The notes beneath the pieces were generated by a model, which ran no database searches, was not told the DNA's origin, and saw nothing but the letters and a program-made list of their open reading frames with translations. A DNA stretch of 64,000 bases from Nitrosopumilus sp. Its GTDB lineage: Archaea > Thermoproteota > Nitrososphaeria > Nitrososphaerales > Nitrosopumilaceae. The stretch covers positions 352,001 through 416,000 of the forward strand of contig OZ244650.1 of the NCBI GenBank assembly GCA_965218785.1, read 5' to 3'. This document shows, piece after piece, positions 59,302-64,000 of the stretch; positions within the stretch are counted from its first letter, which is position 1; each line of letters opens with the position of its first letter. The translations under genes and the position numbers were made by a program.

Positions 59302-60216
59302 CTACATGTCCTGATCTAATCTTAAACCCTTGTATCGATTTCTTACTGTAACTTCAGTAACATTTGATGCTTCGGCGATATCACGCTGAGTTACATATTC
59401 ATCATTTTTTATACACGCCATGTATAGCGCAGCTGCGGCCAATCCCATGGGATCTTTTCCTGCGGATTCCTCATGTTCATTGGCAACCTTGAGTAATTTA
59501 GCTGCATATCGTTTTGTTTTTTCTGTCATTCCAAGCTTGCTTGCAATTCTTGCAATACATTGAATTGGATCAACTACGGGCATTTTCAGTCCCAACTCTT
59601 GATGTAGAATCCTATAACATCTAGAAATATCTTTTTTCTTGATATTGCCTGCATCTGCAACATCTTTTAGTGTTCTGGGAGTTTCTGTATCTCTGCATGC
59701 CGCATAAAGTGATGCTGCAATCAGTGCCGAAATGGAGCGACCCTTGACTAGTCCCCTTTCTAATGCTTTTCTGTAAATGTATGATGCTTTTTCAACTACT
59801 GAATCAGAAAGTGAAAGTTTGTCTTTCAGAGTGGATAACTGGTTTAATGCTTCTCTAAGATTTTTATCCGCAGATGCATGAACTTTGCTTCTGCTATCCC
59901 ATGTTCTCAGTCTTTCAATCGTACTTTTCATAGTAGATGTAAGTGGTTTTCCAGACGAGTCCTTGTTCATCGGATTGATGATGGTGGCAAGCCCCCTGTC
60001 GTGCATAGCCAGTGTTGTTGGAGCACCTGTTCTAGTTGGGTCCGCACCCCCTTCTTTTGAAAATGATCTCCATTCGGGCCCGGCGTCTTGTAATGTCTCA
60101 GAAATAACATAACCACATTTGCTACAAAATCTTTCCCCTGTGACATTATCTGTCAACATGGCATTTTTTCCACAACGCCGGCAGGTACTATCTGCATTGA
60201 TAACTTCTAAGACCAA
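59302..60216 (-). CDS. tfb: Transcription initiation factor IIB
   Basis: Zn ribbon CRRC..CSKC, GPEWRSF, two cyclin repeats, VTEVTVRNRY. Confidence 0.96.
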   Translation of the reverse strand: MVLEVINADSTCRRCGKNAMLTDNVTGERFCSKCGYVISETLQDAGPEWRSFSKEGGADPTRTGAPTTLAMHDRGLATIINPMNKDSSGKPLTSTMKSTIERLRTWDSRSKVHASADKNLREALNQLSTLKDKLSLSDSVVEKASYIYRKALERGLVKGRSISALIAASLYAACRDTETPRTLKDVADAGNIKKKDISRCYRILHQELGLKMPVVDPIQCIARIASKLGMTEKTKRYAAKLLKVANEHEESAGKDPMGLAAAALYMACIKNDEYVTQRDIAEASNVTEVTVRNRYKGLRLDQDM

Positions 60217-60348
60217 AGTATAAGACCAATATTGATTAATTTACTTCATATAATAAGTGACGTATTTCGGTTTTTTCCAGCCTTTAAATTAAAATCGTCA
60301 CTAGCCTAAAAAACATTCATCTTTAAGCGGGATAATCCAATTAAAACC

Positions 60349-60552
60349 ATGACAGCGAGAATAGAAGAAGAATTGGCAGAAATGAATCGATTAAAGAGAT
60401 TAGAATTGGAATTTCTGTTTTTTAAAGCCGGACTGGATAATGCCACGCTACAAAAATACCGTGATGCTTTAACAAATGAAAATACGGTCCAGGTGCAAAA
60501 CAGTGATCATATCACCCGATTGCAGCAAAACTCTAGAATCTTTGCTAAATGA
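60349..60552 (+). CDS. Small hypothetical protein
   Basis: 67-aa ORF behind CTTTAAG box. Confidence 0.4.
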   Translation: MTARIEEELAEMNRLKRLELEFLFFKAGLDNATLQKYRDALTNENTVQVQNSDHITRLQQNSRIFAK

Positions 60553-60607
60553 GAAGATCAAAGAGATTGACGTGAATTTTACGTCAGAAAGATGAGGCTA
60601 CAGATAT

Positions 60608-60860
60608 GGCAGAATATCCAGTCAAATTTGAACCGTAACAGTATCTACCATCCGTCAAAATCAACCTGTCAGAAAAAACGTGATTGAGAATGTTCAAACA
60701 CTCCAATACGGCATTTTTACAATCTAGAAAATGACGGGTTTTCCATTCCCTGATGGGTATTGAAGAAATCATGGCTGAGAAAATAAGGGCATAACAATGC
60801 ACAAAAACCACGTCATTTGACGACACGTGGTGCTGTTAACAGAGTCAGACTGGATTTCAA
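60608..60860 (+). pseudogene. Possible AbiEii-type nucleotidyltransferase remnant
   Basis: Broken frames give VKINLSEK, MGIEEIMAEKIRA*, KPRHL, DTW. Confidence 0.45.
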
Positions 60861-61201
60861 TGGTTAACTCGATTGACTTTGATGATAATTCTCTAGAAAA
60901 TAACGGGTGCCACATAAATAAAACTAAACGAGACGTGGATCTAATTCGTTGCATCACATCCATCATTTGATGACATCTCGGAACGTTATTGAAAATATTG
61001 AAAACACAAGAAATGGCTCCCATGTGCACCCAAGCACAATATCTCTCTTTTATGTTACCATACTTGACAGTTTGAGCATCTTTGGAAGTCATTATTTCCA
61101 TTAGTTTTAAAACAGGCAAGTCTAAAACTTGCTGGCTGCAATGAAGAATCAGAGTTATATCTGAACGATGATTGGAAGGCATTTGTCTGAGCTGCCAAAA
61201 C

Positions 61202-61807
61202 CTATCTGCCCGTCTGTTCTTTTATCTTCTCAAAGACGTTTTGTTCTACAAGATTCTGTTCATATAATATCTCCGTAATCTGTAGAATGTTCAAAACCGA
61301 ATGCATCCTTACTCCTAGTTCCGACAGGGCCTTATCTGCCCCCTCCATCCTGTTGACGATCACATACGCGTCTTTTACTGTGATGTCTGCCTTTTTTAGT
61401 GACATTATTGCATTTGCCACCGAACCTCCGGTAGTTGCCACGTCGTCAATCATGACTGCCTTCATCCCATCATGAATTTTCCCCTCGATTGACTTTGATG
61501 TGCCGTAATCCTTTGGCTTGCTTCTCACATAGATTAGCGGCTTTACAGTTTCCATAGACAGTGCAGAGGCAATCACCAGACCGCCTGTGGGGACCGAGAC
61601 AATGGAATCAAACGCATCCAACCCGATATCTGCGGCAATCTCGTTTTGAAGGTATTTTATCATTTTTCTAAACTCATGTGGATAACTTGGAACTAGTCTC
61701 AAGTCTACATAGTATGGACTCTTTTTGCCGCTGGCAAGGGTGAAATCACCGAATTTTATTATGCCATTTTGGTGCAAAAAGACCGCAAACTCTTTTACAA
61801 ACTCCAT
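61202..61807 (-). CDS. pyrE: Orotate phosphoribosyltransferase
   Basis: FTLASGKKSPYYVDLR, KDYGT, IDDVATTGGS. Confidence 0.95.
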   Translation of the reverse strand: MEFVKEFAVFLHQNGIIKFGDFTLASGKKSPYYVDLRLVPSYPHEFRKMIKYLQNEIAADIGLDAFDSIVSVPTGGLVIASALSMETVKPLIYVRSKPKDYGTSKSIEGKIHDGMKAVMIDDVATTGGSVANAIMSLKKADITVKDAYVIVNRMEGADKALSELGVRMHSVLNILQITEILYEQNLVEQNVFEKIKEQTGR

Positions 61808-61857
61808 ATCAAAATTAACTACACTGGATTTATTTTGGTTTGTATTGTATGTGAATC

Positions 61858-62940
61858 ATGCCTGAAATCTGGTTAAATTACGGCCTCACAGACGTCGTTT
61901 TAGACATAAGGGCGGAAAATTTGGAGCAAAAGATTGATTCTGAGGGCAAGATTTTAGAAGATCAGATCATCACTGAAAAACTCAGTGCACTTGATCTGTC
62001 AAAACCCATGGAACTGGTGGTTCTGCATAATTCAAAATCCGTCCAAAAAATCATCTCATCACTGTTTACAATATGTGAGCAAAAATCAAAACCGTTCCCA
62101 AAAATTCTGGCAGATAAAAAAATCCTGAATCTGGTAAAGGCAGGACTGCCTGAAGGAAGTTCCATAAATGAGTTTGACAACGGCGAGCTTTCAAACTCAA
62201 ACCTCGTATTTCTCTCTGAGATGGAGTTTGATGGGCTGTTTGGTTATGAGACCATCTCCACACGTCTTGTCAAAAAATTTGGCTTGGAATCCATGCTTTT
62301 GGCATATGCAAAAAGACAGGGAAATCTTCCGGCACCTGGCCAATATCCACAAAGTCTGGATGAGGCAAAAAAGTTTACCGATAACTTTGAAATTCAGGGA
62401 ATAGAGATAGTTGCAAATTCCAAGGGCATAATTGACTTTTCCATAGGTCATCCATCTGAAACTGTTTCTGCAACAAAAATTTTGGAATCCAACTCGATCA
62501 AGGATGTAGGTCAGCATAAAACAATGATAGTCAGCACCGGCAAGGATGCAAGCAATGATAATCTTGGAAGATCCCTCTCGTCTCTTTGGAACTGTTCAAA
62601 TGCAATAAAAAAAGACGGTCTTGCAATCCTGGTGGCCGAATGCAGTGGCGGTCTTGGCTCTGATGCACTCCAGCGGTACATTGAAGATAGATTGACCCTG
62701 GAGCAGCTGCGAAATCCTGCCAAATACATAGGAGGAATGGAGGATTTACTGTTTCTCTCCGAGATTCAAAGGAACTTTCAAATTGGTTTGATTTCAATCC
62801 TTCCGGAATTTTATGCCAAGAAATTTGACATGGTCTCCATGGCCGGAATAAAGTATTCCATGGATTATATCCTAAAAACGCAGGGTGCACGACAAAAGGT
62901 TGCCGTAGTTGCAGACGGTGCCAGACTTTTACTACGGTAA
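61858..62940 (+). CDS. LarA-like domain protein (degenerate)
   Basis: N-terminal IWLNYG, C-terminal KKDGLAILVAECSGGLGS similar to lactate racemase family. Confidence 0.6.
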   Translation: MPEIWLNYGLTDVVLDIRAENLEQKIDSEGKILEDQIITEKLSALDLSKPMELVVLHNSKSVQKIISSLFTICEQKSKPFPKILADKKILNLVKAGLPEGSSINEFDNGELSNSNLVFLSEMEFDGLFGYETISTRLVKKFGLESMLLAYAKRQGNLPAPGQYPQSLDEAKKFTDNFEIQGIEIVANSKGIIDFSIGHPSETVSATKILESNSIKDVGQHKTMIVSTGKDASNDNLGRSLSSLWNCSNAIKKDGLAILVAECSGGLGSDALQRYIEDRLTLEQLRNPAKYIGGMEDLLFLSEIQRNFQIGLISILPEFYAKKFDMVSMAGIKYSMDYILKTQGARQKVAVVADGARLLLR

Positions 62941-64000
62941 AAGGCCGGGGAGAAACTCTGTCGGCAGCGGTGCGCACAAAACTGCCAATCCTATGATTCC
63001 AATGTATGCCAGTTTCTTGTTTCTTGAAAGCGGTGAGATATCATCTAGCGGACTTGCACTGGGACTCCTTGAGCTCATTACCAGAATCAATATGGCCATC
63101 AACCAGTAGTTTAACAGAACCAGAACTAACATACTCGCGTAGGTTGCATATCTGTGCATCTTTGGGCCAAGTAGCGTTCTTGCCATGTGTCCACCGTCCA
63201 ACTGCCATGCCGGCAGCAGATTCAGAAACGTAATTAAAAACCCGATCCATGCCGCAAACAGAATCGGCGTCATGATGACCTCGTGTCCGCCTGTACCCTT
63301 GCCAAACATTGCCAGACTTGCAGACATTAGCAACGGTTCTCCCTGGGCCCATTCCATCAGTCTGGCATCTGCAAACAGTCCCTCGGCAACATCCTGATCC
63401 AGGATTGGCGCAGTATATGCCCCATAAATTGAGACTATTACTACAATTACCAGTCCTGCAATCGGACCTGCAATGGCCACATCAAATAAGATCTCCCTGT
63501 TGATTGTCAGTCCCCTTGATTGAATAAACGCGCCAAAAGTTGGAATGCCATATATCGGCAGTCCCGGTATAAAGTAGGGCCAGCTTGTTTTTAGTCCGTG
63601 TAATTTTGCAGCAATAATGTGGCCTAGCTCGTGAACTCCTAAAATTCCCAACAATGACACCGTATAGACGACGGCCATCTCCAGGGGATCTCCAATCTCT
63701 ACGATTGAGTTTGTTCCGGCCGTCCTGTAATACCCGTCAATCATTACAAATGAGATTACAACTGCAAACAATATTCTGGGGGTCCATGCGGTGTTTAGCC
63801 ACCTCATCTGTTTTTTCGGGGTAAACTTTTGGATGATTATATGTTTTGAATTGTTGATCTTCTCCAATCTACAAACAAAACTCATACCCTCCAACCTCCT
63901 TGCCAGATTCTCAAATTTGGCCTTGAATTCCGAATCCTCGATTCTAAATTCTAGGGAAAATTCTGCCTTTGTGAAATCGCTGACCTCGAATATGGAATTG
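62932..64000 (-). CDS. Site-2 protease (M50) family metalloprotease, 5' end beyond window
   Basis: HELGH, IAGPIAG, NLLPAWQLDGGH; frame stays open to window end. Confidence 0.93.
   Translation of the reverse strand, partial: NSIFEVSDFTKAEFSLEFRIEDSEFKAKFENLARRLEGMSFVCRLEKINNSKHIIIQKFTPKKQMRWLNTAWTPRILFAVVISFVMIDGYYRTAGTNSIVEIGDPLEMAVVYTVSLLGILGVHELGHIIAAKLHGLKTSWPYFIPGLPIYGIPTFGAFIQSRGLTINREILFDVAIAGPIAGLVIVVIVSIYGAYTAPILDQDVAEGLFADARLMEWAQGEPLLMSASLAMFGKGTGGHEVIMTPILFAAWIGFLITFLNLLPAWQLDGGHMARTLLGPKMHRYATYASMLVLVLLNYWLMAILILVMSSRSPSASPLDDISPLSRNKKLAYIGIIGLAVLCAPLPTEFLPGLLP

Noticed and set aside
60584-61182. Minus-strand ORFs of 80 and 137 aa
   Set aside because: No motifs; partly antisense to the AbiEii-like remnant

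Overview
Chromosomal window from an ammonia-oxidising archaeon of the Nitrosopumilaceae type. The basis is the 3HP/4HB-cycle acyl-CoA carboxylase, an 11-subunit nuo operon, TFB, RFC, RtcB and a BHB-intron tRNA. Housekeeping genes occupy 1-9.5 kb and 35-64 kb. Between them lies about 25 kb of accessory DNA built from stacked integrative elements on both sides of a divergent tRNA-Lys/tRNA-Asp pair. On the Lys side, a 9.8-kb element bounded by 14-bp att repeats carries an integrase, a type III R-M system, a PD-(D/E)xK nuclease and a possible TGT-fold protein. An older integrase-bearing remnant lies next to it. On the Asp side, two related tandem elements are bounded by 17-bp and 11-bp att copies and share a right-arm sequence. 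The first is the best candidate for a new system. It has a ParM-like actin and an AbrB-fold protein with an identical 14-bp promoter at identical spacing, a 38-bp palindromic repeat array just downstream of the actin, a Topo VI-A/Mini-A-like Toprim gene behind an 84-bp alternating purine-pyrimidine tract, iteron-like GGCTC arrays, and an AAA-wHTH ATPase running into a GTCGAC-rich array and a perfect hairpin. The cargo of the Asp-side elements looks like secreted protease inhibitors: a serpin and a stand-alone subtilase-prodomain-like protein. All protein calls come from motif recognition by eye; no database searches were run.
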